The notes under the pieces: model-generated
Database searches by the model: none
Seen by the model: only the letters and a program-made list of their open reading frames with translations
Told to the model about the DNA's origin: nothing
From: Paracoccaceae bacterium
GTDB lineage: Bacteria; Pseudomonadota; Alphaproteobacteria; Rhodobacterales; Rhodobacteraceae
Direction of reading: 5' to 3'
Assembly (NCBI GenBank): GCA_006844665.1
Contig: SPJP01000021.1
Location: forward strand, 1-62,688
DNA length: 62,688 bases
Program-made: the position numbers and the translations under genes
Shown here: positions 50,081 to 59,158 of the stretch, in pieces
Position numbering within the stretch: the stretch's first letter is position 1
Layout: the number at the start of each line of letters is the position of its first letter

Positions 50081-51481
50081 ATGTTTGACTATGTAAATAC
50101 TGTCGAGACACTGAATGATCTGGCCACGTTCAAGCTGATTGAGGCCAAGGCAAATATTAGTGTCGTGGGCCTGGGATATGTCGGTGCTGTGTCTACAGCC
50201 TGCTTGTCCTCTTTGGGTCATAAAGTTATCGGCGTTGATGTAGACGCCGTCAAAATTCAAGCGGTGGGCGCAGGCCAATCCCCCATCCATGAAAAAGACC
50301 TGGGCACGCTTTTGTCCGAAGGGGTCCAGGCCGGATTGATCACAACAACTGACAATTTGGTGCAAGCAGTACGCGACACAGACGTTACATTTGTATCCGT
50401 GGGCACGCCAACGGCAGAGGGTGGCGGCTGCGACTACCGTTATATCGAAGCCGCCGCTCGCGCGATGGGTACGGGGCTTGCGGGAAAAACAGATTACCAT
50501 ACATTCGTCATGCGATGTTCGATCCCCCCAGGCACCACCAAACAGGTTCTGATCCCGATCCTGGAACATATTTCCGGCAAGCGTCTGGGCGAAGATTTTG
50601 GCGTTTGTTTCAACCCTGAATTTCTGCGCGAAGGGGTCGCGATCGAGGACTTCCACGCGCCGTCCAAAACGGTGATCGGGGCCACGGATATGCGGTCTGC
50701 CAATGTCTTGGCGCGCATTTATGAGCCCGTCGATGCAGACCCAATCATCACCAGCATCGAGACCGCTGAAATGGTGAAATATGTCGACAATGTCTGGCAT
50801 GCCACAAAGGTGACCTTCGCCAACGAGGTCGGCCGTTTGTGCAAGCCACTTGGCGTGGACAGCCATGATGTGATGGACATTTTCGTCCAAGACACAAAGC
50901 TGAACCTTAGCCCCTACTACCTAAAGCCCGGCTTTGCCTTTGGCGGATCTTGCCTGCCGAAAGAGGTCCGCGCGGTTGCCCATATCGCCACAACTATGGG
51001 CGAAGACCTGCCTTTGATCTCTTCACTGACGACCTCGAACCAGACCCATATCGAACGGGCCCTGCAGATGGTGCAGGAAACCGGCGCGAAAACAGTTGGT
51101 ATCCTGGGGCTGGCGTTTAAACCCGGTACAGACGACCTGCGCGAAAGCCCGATCCTAGAGGTCATCGCCGCCCTTCATGCAGAAGGCGTCACTGTCAAAA
51201 TCCACGATCCGGCGATCACCAGCCAAACCGATATTTTAGGCCAGATGGGCTATGTGCGCCACGGCGCGCCCGGTCTGCAGGAACTGGCCTTGGATCTGGC
51301 AGACATGATGTTTGACAGCCTCGATGTCCTCGCAGACAGCGTCGACGCCTTGGTCGTGACCCAGAAAACCGAAGCATACCAGCAGGTTGCCCTGAATTCA
51401 GGCGACACGCCAGTGATTGATCTGGTGCGTTTGTTCCCCGAAATTCCGACCATCGCCACCTATAACGGCATCGGTTGGTAG
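50081..51481 (+). CDS. algD: GDP-mannose 6-dehydrogenase
   Basis: GLGYVGAV, FNPEFLRE, AEMVKY.DNVWHA.KVTFANE and KLNLSPYYLKPGFAFGGSCLPK (AlgD-type rather than Ugd-type). Confidence 0.85.
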   Translation: MFDYVNTVETLNDLATFKLIEAKANISVVGLGYVGAVSTACLSSLGHKVIGVDVDAVKIQAVGAGQSPIHEKDLGTLLSEGVQAGLITTTDNLVQAVRDTDVTFVSVGTPTAEGGGCDYRYIEAAARAMGTGLAGKTDYHTFVMRCSIPPGTTKQVLIPILEHISGKRLGEDFGVCFNPEFLREGVAIEDFHAPSKTVIGATDMRSANVLARIYEPVDADPIITSIETAEMVKYVDNVWHATKVTFANEVGRLCKPLGVDSHDVMDIFVQDTKLNLSPYYLKPGFAFGGSCLPKEVRAVAHIATTMGEDLPLISSLTTSNQTHIERALQMVQETGAKTVGILGLAFKPGTDDLRESPILEVIAALHAEGVTVKIHDPAITSQTDILGQMGYVRHGAPGLQELALDLADMMFDSLDVLADSVDALVVTQKTEAYQQVALNSGDTPVIDLVRLFPEIPTIATYNGIGW

Positions 51482-51523
51482 CCCCACAGTTCCAACACGT
51501 ATCAGTAAGTTAAGGAGAACCCT

Positions 51524-54151
51524 ATGTCCCCGCTGCCCCCCCCGCTTCCAATCCTTGGAACCGTGACGTCCGAGACGTTGGACGGTACCATTTTAGGCGA
51601 TCTTTTGGTCGGATTGGATGGGAATGACACAATCAGCGGGGGCAAAGGCGACGACACCATTCACGGGGATTTCGTCGATCCGAACTTGCTGGAAGACGCC
51701 ACAGATGCGGTGACGTTTTCCCAATACGGGGACAGTGACGCATGGAGCGTGACCCAGCAGCCCGATGGCCACGCCAGCATGACCCAAACTGTGCAAACGG
51801 CCGCTGGCACCGACTACGCGATCAGCTTTGAGCTGGCTGCAAACTACAGCGCGGGCGCTGTTTCTGGCGCGGTAGAGGTTCTGTGGAACGGCGAGGTGAT
51901 CCACAGCTTTGACACTAATAGTGCCACGTTTTCGGCCCATGATGTGACGTTTGAAGGCACCGGCGGCCCGGGCGAACTGACTTTCCGATCTGTTGATCCA
52001 GCCCCCACCGATGGCCCGCAAATCCAAACCGATGGCCCGGTTTTCTGGTACGAAAAAACGATGGATCTGGGCGGCGAACAGGTCGCTGTTAAGGCCATCG
52101 CAGAAGGCCAAAGCCATATTTACCAAGTCTTGGACGGCACACTGCATCTGTTTGATCCTGAAACCGCGACCTACACAAAGGCCGGCAGCGACGGATCCGT
52201 TGGGGTCAACGCGATTGGCTTTAACGTCGAAGACGACATGCTGTACGGGATTGCAGTGTCGAACGGCGTGGATAGCCAGGGCAATACGGTTCAAAGCTCT
52301 GATTTGCTGATGTTTGACGCTGTTGGCGACAGCTATCTTGTTGGTTCCACCCCATATCGGTCCTGGACCGGGGATTTCGACGCGTCCGGCAATCTGTGGG
52401 TGTTCAACTCCTCCATGGATTGGATCAACATGATTGATGTGGGGCAGGTTGATGCCAATGGCGATGTGGCGACCCAAACCTTCAGGCTGCCCCGCGGTTT
52501 GGTGACCGATTCCGTCTGGGATGTCGCCTATGACGCTGAAACCCAAACCTTTATTGGGATGGTGAAGCCCAGCTCCGAAGGCCAGCCAAGCTCGTTGCTG
52601 ATCGTAGATGTATCCGGTGTGGCGGCGGGCGGGGAGCCTGTGTTTACCTCTGTCCCTGTGACCAACACTATGGTCGATGGCCAGATGCTGGATGGGGTGC
52701 CCTTTGTCACCTTTGGGGCAGCGATCCATGATGCCGATGGCAACCTATATGTGGGCGGCAATGGCGGCGACCACGATATGAACAACAGCACAGCCACCAC
52801 TGGCGGTATTTACCGCGTTGTGCGGGATTTGGACGAAGGCACCGCCTATCTGGAACTGGTGTCCGCAGCGCCCAAAGCGCGGTCCAATGACGGGGCCGCT
52901 GACCCGCGCGCCATGGATCCGTTCACGGAAGTGGATAAATACGCAAAAATCCTGATCCGTTCGCCCGAGCTGGTACCGGAACTGCCCGAAACGCCCGAAG
53001 AAGGGCCAGAGCCGGATACCGGATATGACGACACGATCCATGCGGGGGCCGGAAAAGACACTGTATACGGGGACTTAGGCCAAGACACAGTGATCGGGTC
53101 TTCTGCAGGCGACACGCTTTATGGCGAAGACGGCAATGACATGCTGTATGGTGGGGCTGGACCGGAATGGACGGATAATGGCCTGATCTCGGTCTATGAC
53201 GACGACGGCAACCGGTTCGATCAGTTCGGCAATCCACTGCCCGAGGATGACGATACCCTGTTCGGTGGCGAGGGCGACGACTTTCTGTCGGGCTCCGCCG
53301 GGCATGATGTGCTGGACGGCGGCACCGGTGCCGATACGCTGTCGGGCGGGTCCGGCGATGACACGCTTTATGGCGGGCAAGGGGACGATACCCTGTCTGG
53401 CGGAGGACAGGATGACAGCCTGTCTGGCGGCGATGGTGCTGATGATCTGCAAGGCGGGTCCGGCGACAACACGCTTTTGGGCGGGGCTGGCGATGACCAG
53501 ATGCGCTCTGGCGCGGGGACCGACTATCATGATGGCGGCGACGGCGATGACACGATCTATGCGGGGAACGGCAACGACACGTTGATCGGTGGCCAAGGTG
53601 CGGATTCTTTGCGTGGCGGGTCTGGCGACGACTTGCTGGATGGCGGCACGGAAAACGACACGCTGGACGGTGGGTCAGGCAATGACACGTTGCTTGGCGG
53701 CAAGGGCAATGATCGTCTAAAGGCCGGGTCCGGCAATGACGAGCTGATCGGCGGGGATGGCAAAGACTATCTGGCCGCGTGGAAAGGCGATGACGTGCTG
53801 GATGGTGGCGCGGGAAATGACCGGTTGTACCTGGGCGCCGGGACCGATGTGGCAACTGGTGGCACAGGCAGCGATTATTTTATATTTCGTAACGACGATT
53901 TGGATGGAAACACTGATCTGATCACCGATTTCCGTTTTGATGGAGCAGAGAGAGACCGCCTGGATCTGCGTTCGCTTGACATACTGGCGGGCGACGTCAC
54001 GGCCGAGGTTTGGTTCGCCCAGTCAGTTCAGCAAAATGGCGATTTTAGTGTAACTGTGGATCTGGGGGGCAGCACGGTTTCGCTGCAAGACAGCTTCGGG
54101 GCGGAGGACGATTTCCTGCAACAGGTCCAAGACGGCATCATGTTTGCCTAA
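51524..54151 (+). CDS. Secreted RTX Ca2+-binding protein with a putative carbohydrate-binding jelly-roll and a beta-propeller-like region
   Basis: Many GGxGxDxL nonapeptides, very acidic, no Sec signal, AGGAG SD. Confidence 0.85.
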   Translation: MSPLPPPLPILGTVTSETLDGTILGDLLVGLDGNDTISGGKGDDTIHGDFVDPNLLEDATDAVTFSQYGDSDAWSVTQQPDGHASMTQTVQTAAGTDYAISFELAANYSAGAVSGAVEVLWNGEVIHSFDTNSATFSAHDVTFEGTGGPGELTFRSVDPAPTDGPQIQTDGPVFWYEKTMDLGGEQVAVKAIAEGQSHIYQVLDGTLHLFDPETATYTKAGSDGSVGVNAIGFNVEDDMLYGIAVSNGVDSQGNTVQSSDLLMFDAVGDSYLVGSTPYRSWTGDFDASGNLWVFNSSMDWINMIDVGQVDANGDVATQTFRLPRGLVTDSVWDVAYDAETQTFIGMVKPSSEGQPSSLLIVDVSGVAAGGEPVFTSVPVTNTMVDGQMLDGVPFVTFGAAIHDADGNLYVGGNGGDHDMNNSTATTGGIYRVVRDLDEGTAYLELVSAAPKARSNDGAADPRAMDPFTEVDKYAKILIRSPELVPELPETPEEGPEPDTGYDDTIHAGAGKDTVYGDLGQDTVIGSSAGDTLYGEDGNDMLYGGAGPEWTDNGLISVYDDDGNRFDQFGNPLPEDDDTLFGGEGDDFLSGSAGHDVLDGGTGADTLSGGSGDDTLYGGQGDDTLSGGGQDDSLSGGDGADDLQGGSGDNTLLGGAGDDQMRSGAGTDYHDGGDGDDTIYAGNGNDTLIGGQGADSLRGGSGDDLLDGGTENDTLDGGSGNDTLLGGKGNDRLKAGSGNDELIGGDGKDYLAAWKGDDVLDGGAGNDRLYLGAGTDVATGGTGSDYFIFRNDDLDGNTDLITDFRFDGAERDRLDLRSLDILAGDVTAEVWFAQSVQQNGDFSVTVDLGGSTVSLQDSFGAEDDFLQQVQDGIMFA
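53020..53880 (+). repeat. Tandem 27-bp coding repeats (RTX nonapeptides)
   Basis: Degenerate GGCGGN..GGCGA(C/T)GAC units encoding GGxGxDxLx; boundaries approximate. Confidence 0.85.
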
Positions 54152-54205
54152 GCGAAATGCGGGGCCGTCAGGCCACGTTTTAACGGGTGGGACTGCTTCC
54201 AACCC

Positions 54206-54817
54206 TCAGAAAAGGTTCGCCTCTTTCGCCATCATCGCCGCTTGGGTCCGGTTCTTGGCATCGAGTTTTCGACACAAAGTCTTCACGTGCAATTTGATCG
54301 TAACTTCTTGCAAGTTTAACACGCGCGCGATTTCCTTGTTGGATTGGCCTTTGCATAGTCCTTGCAAGACCTGGAGCTCTCGGGCGCTAAGGGCTTTGGC
54401 AAGTGGGTTGGTCGAGGCCGCTTCTTCTTCCCGCATGACCGAAATTGGCATGTAGGTTTCGCCAGAGGCCATGAACCGGATTGCGTTGACTAAGGATTGC
54501 GCGCCTTGGGTCTTGGGTAAAAAGCCGATCGCGCCTTCGTTTATTGCCTCTTGCGCCACTCCGCGGGGGGCGGACCCGGACAAGATCGCAACGGTTTTTG
54601 CGCCATTGGCCTGGGTTGCTTTGCGCAATCCATCCAGACCGTTCATCCCGGGCATGTTGTAATCCAAAAGCACGATATCGAAAGGAGCTTTCGCAATATG
54701 TTCTAACGCTTCGGGCAAGCTACTGGCGGTTTCAGCCACGATATCGGCGTCTTTGCCAAGAAACATCGCGATCGTTTCGCGTACAAGATCGTGGTCATCT
54801 GCAATTAAAACACGCAT
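54206..54817 (-). CDS. NarL/FixJ (LuxR-HTH) response regulator
   Basis: IADDH, LLDYNMPG, and LSARE...GQSNKEIA...TIKLHV. Confidence 0.93.
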   Translation of the reverse strand: MRVLIADDHDLVRETIAMFLGKDADIVAETASSLPEALEHIAKAPFDIVLLDYNMPGMNGLDGLRKATQANGAKTVAILSGSAPRGVAQEAINEGAIGFLPKTQGAQSLVNAIRFMASGETYMPISVMREEEAASTNPLAKALSARELQVLQGLCKGQSNKEIARVLNLQEVTIKLHVKTLCRKLDAKNRTQAAMMAKEANLF

Positions 54818-54911
54818 TGCTTACTCCGCTACGTTGCTGGGACGGATTCTCAGCTTACAAGGTTCACTTCAGTTGTTTTTGCTAAATTCCGCTTAACAAT
54901 GACGACCGAAA

Positions 54912-54937
54912 GAGCGTTTGGCTATACGAAAGGATAG
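54912..54937. promoter_or_regulatory. Shared motif GAGCG-N5-CTATAC-N4-GGATAG (related copies at 46761 and 49963)
   Basis: 16/21 identity with 46761-46781; the CTAT-N8-ATAG palindrome also occurs at 49963-49978. Confidence 0.55.
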
Positions 54938-55019
54938 TTAGGCTACCCGCTTGCCTTCGTGACCAATGCCTGTGGCCTGTGCGAGTAGTCGGTAACTTAT
55001 ATAAAAAGGTGCCGATAAG

Positions 55020-55520
55020 ATGTCTGTTTTAAAGTTCTCTACTGCTCTCTTAGTCGCCTTCGCGCTGCCTGCCATGGCGTTGGACACAGCCCCTACTGAT
55101 ACCATTGTCTTGACCGTTTCAGGCAAAATTTCAGAACATAATCAAAATGATACAGCCGTTTTTGACATCGAGATGTTGTCAAAATTGCCAGTGACAGAGT
55201 TCACGACATCCACCGTCTGGACAGAAGGCGAAGTGAATTTCACTGGTGTGTCCTTGGACGTGTTGCTTGAACAGATCGGTGGCACTGGCACGACGATGTT
55301 TGCAACCGCAATAAATGACTACGCTGTCGAGATTCCCGTATCAGATGCGCAGGTCGGGGGGCCAATCGTTGCGTATTTGATGGATGGCCAGCCGATGTCT
55401 GTGCGTGACAAGGGCCCGCTTTGGATCGTGTACCCCTACGATTCCAATGCCGATTTTCAGTCTGAAATCATCTACTCGCGCAGTATTTGGCAACTCGACC
55501 GAATTGAATTTGCCAACTAG
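55020..55520 (+). CDS. Periplasmic SUOX-fold protein lacking the Moco Cys (PruR-like putative pterin-binding protein)
   Basis: Sec signal (AMA|), T.T.WT, F.GV.L, AINDY, RDKGPLWIVYP and SIWQL..I; no Cys in the protein. Confidence 0.75.
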   Translation: MSVLKFSTALLVAFALPAMALDTAPTDTIVLTVSGKISEHNQNDTAVFDIEMLSKLPVTEFTTSTVWTEGEVNFTGVSLDVLLEQIGGTGTTMFATAINDYAVEIPVSDAQVGGPIVAYLMDGQPMSVRDKGPLWIVYPYDSNADFQSEIIYSRSIWQLDRIEFAN

Positions 55521-55637
55521 GATAGCTGTTCCAGACAGGCGCAAAAGGGGAAGGCGATCCGTATCTTTTCTGTTTTTCAGGTAAACCCGTGGCTGCGCTT
55601 TGGCGCGGCCATTGGATTTTTTATCCTTCTGCTTGGG

Positions 55638-58085
55638 GTGATTTATGCGTTGTTGGTCCCTGTGGCCAATAAGATTGAAGAATTCGCAACGGCGGATTCT
55701 GACAATGTTCAGTGGACATTGGCCCAGGTAGAGGTCGAATATTTTCGACTCGAACGCACTCTGACCTTGGATGACGATGTGACCGAACCCGATGTCGCTA
55801 CAATTCGGCGGCGATTTGATGTTTATTACAGCCGCATCCAGACCCTGAAAAACAGCAGTCTTTTTGCCCCGGTACGCCAGCAAGACAGGTTTCAAACAGC
55901 GCTTGCCTCGGTCTCGGGCTTTCTGGATGCCTCGGTTCCGATCATAGACAGTGACGACGCCAGTTTGATCGCGCAGCGCGTCACCTTAAAGGATGCTTTG
56001 CGCGCGACCCGGCCTGATGTTCGGGCTTTGTCACTAGAAGGCATCAAAGGCTTTGCCATCGCGTCCGATCAGCGGCGCAGTGGCGTATCCCGTACCTTGC
56101 GTCTGATGGCTGGAATTGCCTTTGGCTTGATACTTGTCCTAGCCTTGGCTGCCCTTGTTTTGCTGCGCTTGTACCAAGACGGCCAGGCCCAAGCGCGGTC
56201 CTATGCGCTAACCTCATCCCGTTTGCATTCCATTGTGTCGACCTCTTTGGCGGCCATTTTGGTGATCGACAAAAAGGGCCGCATCCTGGATTTCAACGGT
56301 GCCGCTGAACAAGTGTTTGGCTACACACGAGACGAAGCTATGGGTGCGTTCATGGCTGATTTGATTGTCCCTGACCATTTTCACGCCGCCCACAGTGCCG
56401 GGATGCACCGCTACCTGACCACCGGCGAAAAGAAGGTGATAGGCAAAGGCCGGGTGGAGTTGGAAGCAAAGCACAAATCCGGCCGTGTCTTCCCGGTTGA
56501 GCTGTCGATATCGACGGCCCAAAGCGAAGAGGGCGAGATTTTCGTATCCTTCCTGCAGGATATCTCGGCCCGCGTTCAGGGCGAAAAAGACCTGCGTGAC
56601 GCCCGTGACAAAGCCCTGGCAGGCGAAAAAGCCAAGGCCGAGCTGCTGGCCGTGATGAGCCACGAGATGCGCACGCCGCTCAATGGTATGATGGGGACGT
56701 TAGAGCTGATCGAGGAAACAGACCTGTCCGAAGAACAGCATAAATACCTGCAAAATATGAATATTTCCGGGCAGCTGTTGCTGCACCATGTCAATGATGT
56801 CCTGGATATCGCGCGATTGGATTCAGGAAAACTGTCCCTTGTTGAAACAACATTCGAACTAGGAACCCTGTTACAGGAGCTTGCCGACAGTCAGAACCGT
56901 GCGGCTCAAGCCAACGGAAACACGCTAACTGCGCAGCTAATGGGCGATGCGGATTGCTATGTTCTAAGCGATCCGATGCGCCTGCGTCAGATTTTGCTGA
57001 ACTTGATCGGCAACGCGATCAAGTTCACTCACGACGGCGCGATCACGGTCGAGGCCGAAGTGCTTCCTGACAAACAGATCGAACTGCGGGTCGCCGACAC
57101 CGGGACCGGCATAAGTGAAGAAGACGCCGCACGAGTATTCGAGGACTTTGTTACTTTGGATGCCTCTTACGGTCGCCAAACCGGGGGAACGGGTCTTGGG
57201 TTGGGCATCACCAAGCGGGTCGTGGATGCGCTGAACGGCCAGATCGGGGTCGAAAGCGCCGCTGACGAGGGCAGCCTGTTCTGGGTCCGTTTGCCACTGA
57301 AGCAGGTAACAATGTCTGATCCCTCTGTACTTCGGGAACATGGCCCGGATCGGCGGCAAGCCAAGGCGCTGTCGGTCCTGGTGATCGAAGACAACGCAAT
57401 TAATCGGCAAGTTGTGCGTCAAATGCTGAGTTCCATGGGCCATACGGTGACCGAGGCAGAAGATGGCCAAAGCGGCGTGGCGGCGGCCGAAGCCCGTGCC
57501 TATGATCTGATCTTGATGGATATCAGCATGCCCAATATGGACGGGATCGAGGCCACACGCCATATCCGCGCCGGGCAGGGGCCCAATGTCACAACGCAGA
57601 TCATCGCCCTGACGGCCAACGCACTGCCCGAGGACGTCGACCGTTTTAAGCTGATAGGCATGGACGATGTGATCATCAAACCAATCAGCCGTTCTACTTT
57701 ACGGGCGGTAATCGACCGGCCTGAGGATCCCGAACAGCCAATTTCGGATGCCCCCCAAGCCTTTGATCCCGAAGTGTTTCAAGAACTGCTGGACATGCTG
57801 GGCCCGGAACAAACAGCCGTGATTTATCAAGATGTGTTGACCCAAGTCGGTGATGCTATCGAAGCAATGGATGCGGCCAATGGCGCTGCCTCGGCCAATC
57901 TGGCAGACCTCGTTCACAAAACCTCAGGCGCTGTGGCCCTTGTTGGTGGGACATCGTTACATGGGAAACTAAAGGCAGTGGAAATCGCCTTTAGAGCAGG
58001 CAAAGACCAACCCAACGGGGCCCGAGAGATTGCGGAGGGAAAGGCCGAGCTGGAAGCTACTTTGGGACAGTTGGTGCCGAGTTAG
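55638..58085 (+). CDS. Hybrid sensor histidine kinase (periplasmic sensor, PAS, HisKA, HATPase, REC, Hpt); true start probably upstream
   Basis: [39 protein letters not shown], and a C-terminal VHKTSG Hpt-like motif. Confidence 0.92.
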   Translation: MIYALLVPVANKIEEFATADSDNVQWTLAQVEVEYFRLERTLTLDDDVTEPDVATIRRRFDVYYSRIQTLKNSSLFAPVRQQDRFQTALASVSGFLDASVPIIDSDDASLIAQRVTLKDALRATRPDVRALSLEGIKGFAIASDQRRSGVSRTLRLMAGIAFGLILVLALAALVLLRLYQDGQAQARSYALTSSRLHSIVSTSLAAILVIDKKGRILDFNGAAEQVFGYTRDEAMGAFMADLIVPDHFHAAHSAGMHRYLTTGEKKVIGKGRVELEAKHKSGRVFPVELSISTAQSEEGEIFVSFLQDISARVQGEKDLRDARDKALAGEKAKAELLAVMSHEMRTPLNGMMGTLELIEETDLSEEQHKYLQNMNISGQLLLHHVNDVLDIARLDSGKLSLVETTFELGTLLQELADSQNRAAQANGNTLTAQLMGDADCYVLSDPMRLRQILLNLIGNAIKFTHDGAITVEAEVLPDKQIELRVADTGTGISEEDAARVFEDFVTLDASYGRQTGGTGLGLGITKRVVDALNGQIGVESAADEGSLFWVRLPLKQVTMSDPSVLREHGPDRRQAKALSVLVIEDNAINRQVVRQMLSSMGHTVTEAEDGQSGVAAAEARAYDLILMDISMPNMDGIEATRHIRAGQGPNVTTQIIALTANALPEDVDRFKLIGMDDVIIKPISRSTLRAVIDRPEDPEQPISDAPQAFDPEVFQELLDMLGPEQTAVIYQDVLTQVGDAIEAMDAANGAASANLADLVHKTSGAVALVGGTSLHGKLKAVEIAFRAGKDQPNGAREIAEGKAELEATLGQLVPS

Positions 58086-58200
58086 GCCAGCTTGCGGGAA
58101 TTCCGAGAGCAATTAAATAAGTCCCTTATTCCGGTGCGGAACGGCCGTCAGCAGGGATTTGGGCGTTTTTCTTACCTGGCTCCGCAATGCACTACGTGTG

Positions 58201-58926
58201 TCACCACGCAGTGGCTCCTCCATCAATTCGGTAGTCTGATCCCGTGATAAACCCACTTTCGTCCGAGCCCAGAAAAATCGCGAGGTAGCCGATATCTTCG
58301 GTTTGGCCAAGCCGGTCGATCATCAGTTTGGATTTTACAGAAGCCATCATTTCGGGGTTATTAAGGTGCTGTTCGGTTTCCTCGGTCACTGTGAACCCAG
58401 GCGCGATGGTGTTCGCGCGAATGCCGTGGGGGCCACCTTCCATCGCAAGCTGGCGGGTCATGGACAGCACGGCGCCTTTTCCAGCTGTATGGGCAATAGC
58501 TGGAAGGCCATCGAGCGCGACATGGGCGTTGGCGGAAGAGAAGTTAATGATAGAGCCGCCTTCGGCTTTCAACAGGGGCCACATTGCACGGGTCACGAGG
58601 AAAACGCTGTCGAGCTCCGCTGCCAGTGTTTTGCGCCAGTCTGCGAAGGGTAGCTCGTCTACCCAGCCAAAAACGACAACTGCGGCGGCGTTGACGAGGA
58701 TATGCAAAGGGCCCATCTTTGCCGCTTTGGATGCAAGTTTGGCAACATCAGCCTCACTCGTCAGGTCCGCCGCGAAGGTATCGCAGCCCTTCAGGCTCGC
58801 CAAGGCGTCAGGGTTTATATCCACCGCCAAGACCTGCGCGCCTTGCCCTGACATCATCAGGGCAATCTTGCGGCCTATTCCTCGTCCGGCCCCGGTGACG
58901 ACAGCTGTTTTGCCTTTTAGACGCAT
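58201..58926 (-). CDS. SDR family oxidoreductase
   Basis: TGAGRGIG, LVNAA, ANTIAPG and ITG..Y.IDGG. Confidence 0.9.
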   Translation of the reverse strand: MRLKGKTAVVTGAGRGIGRKIALMMSGQGAQVLAVDINPDALASLKGCDTFAADLTSEADVAKLASKAAKMGPLHILVNAAAVVVFGWVDELPFADWRKTLAAELDSVFLVTRAMWPLLKAEGGSIINFSSANAHVALDGLPAIAHTAGKGAVLSMTRQLAMEGGPHGIRANTIAPGFTVTEETEQHLNNPEMMASVKSKLMIDRLGQTEDIGYLAIFLGSDESGFITGSDYRIDGGATAW

Positions 58927-58943
58927 GTGATCTGCTCCCTAAT

Positions 58944-58965
58944 ATTGATTGGTCGTATAATCAAT
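58944..58965. promoter_or_regulatory. Inverted repeat (operator-like) upstream of the SDR gene
   Basis: ATTGATT-N8-AATCAAT. Confidence 0.4.
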
Positions 58966-59158
58966 TAACGGAAGAAGGACAACGGTTCACAGTTAAAAAA
59001 GACCCTTCTGACTCTCCGGCTTTATAACGCCTGATGCAAAGGGGCCGATGACCTGGCAAAGCATAACACCCAGATTAGTTTTTGCATTGCTGCACACTGG
59101 CTTAGGTAAGGGGGCAATCGGCCATCTAACACATCGCGCCAATGGCCGATTAGGGTTC

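Noticed and set aside
52923-53855. Arg/His-rich repetitive ORF on the minus strand and ~27-bp periodicity, considered as a CRISPR or tandem array
   Set aside because: Explained by RTX nonapeptide coding repeats on the plus strand; there is no constant repeat with unique spacers.
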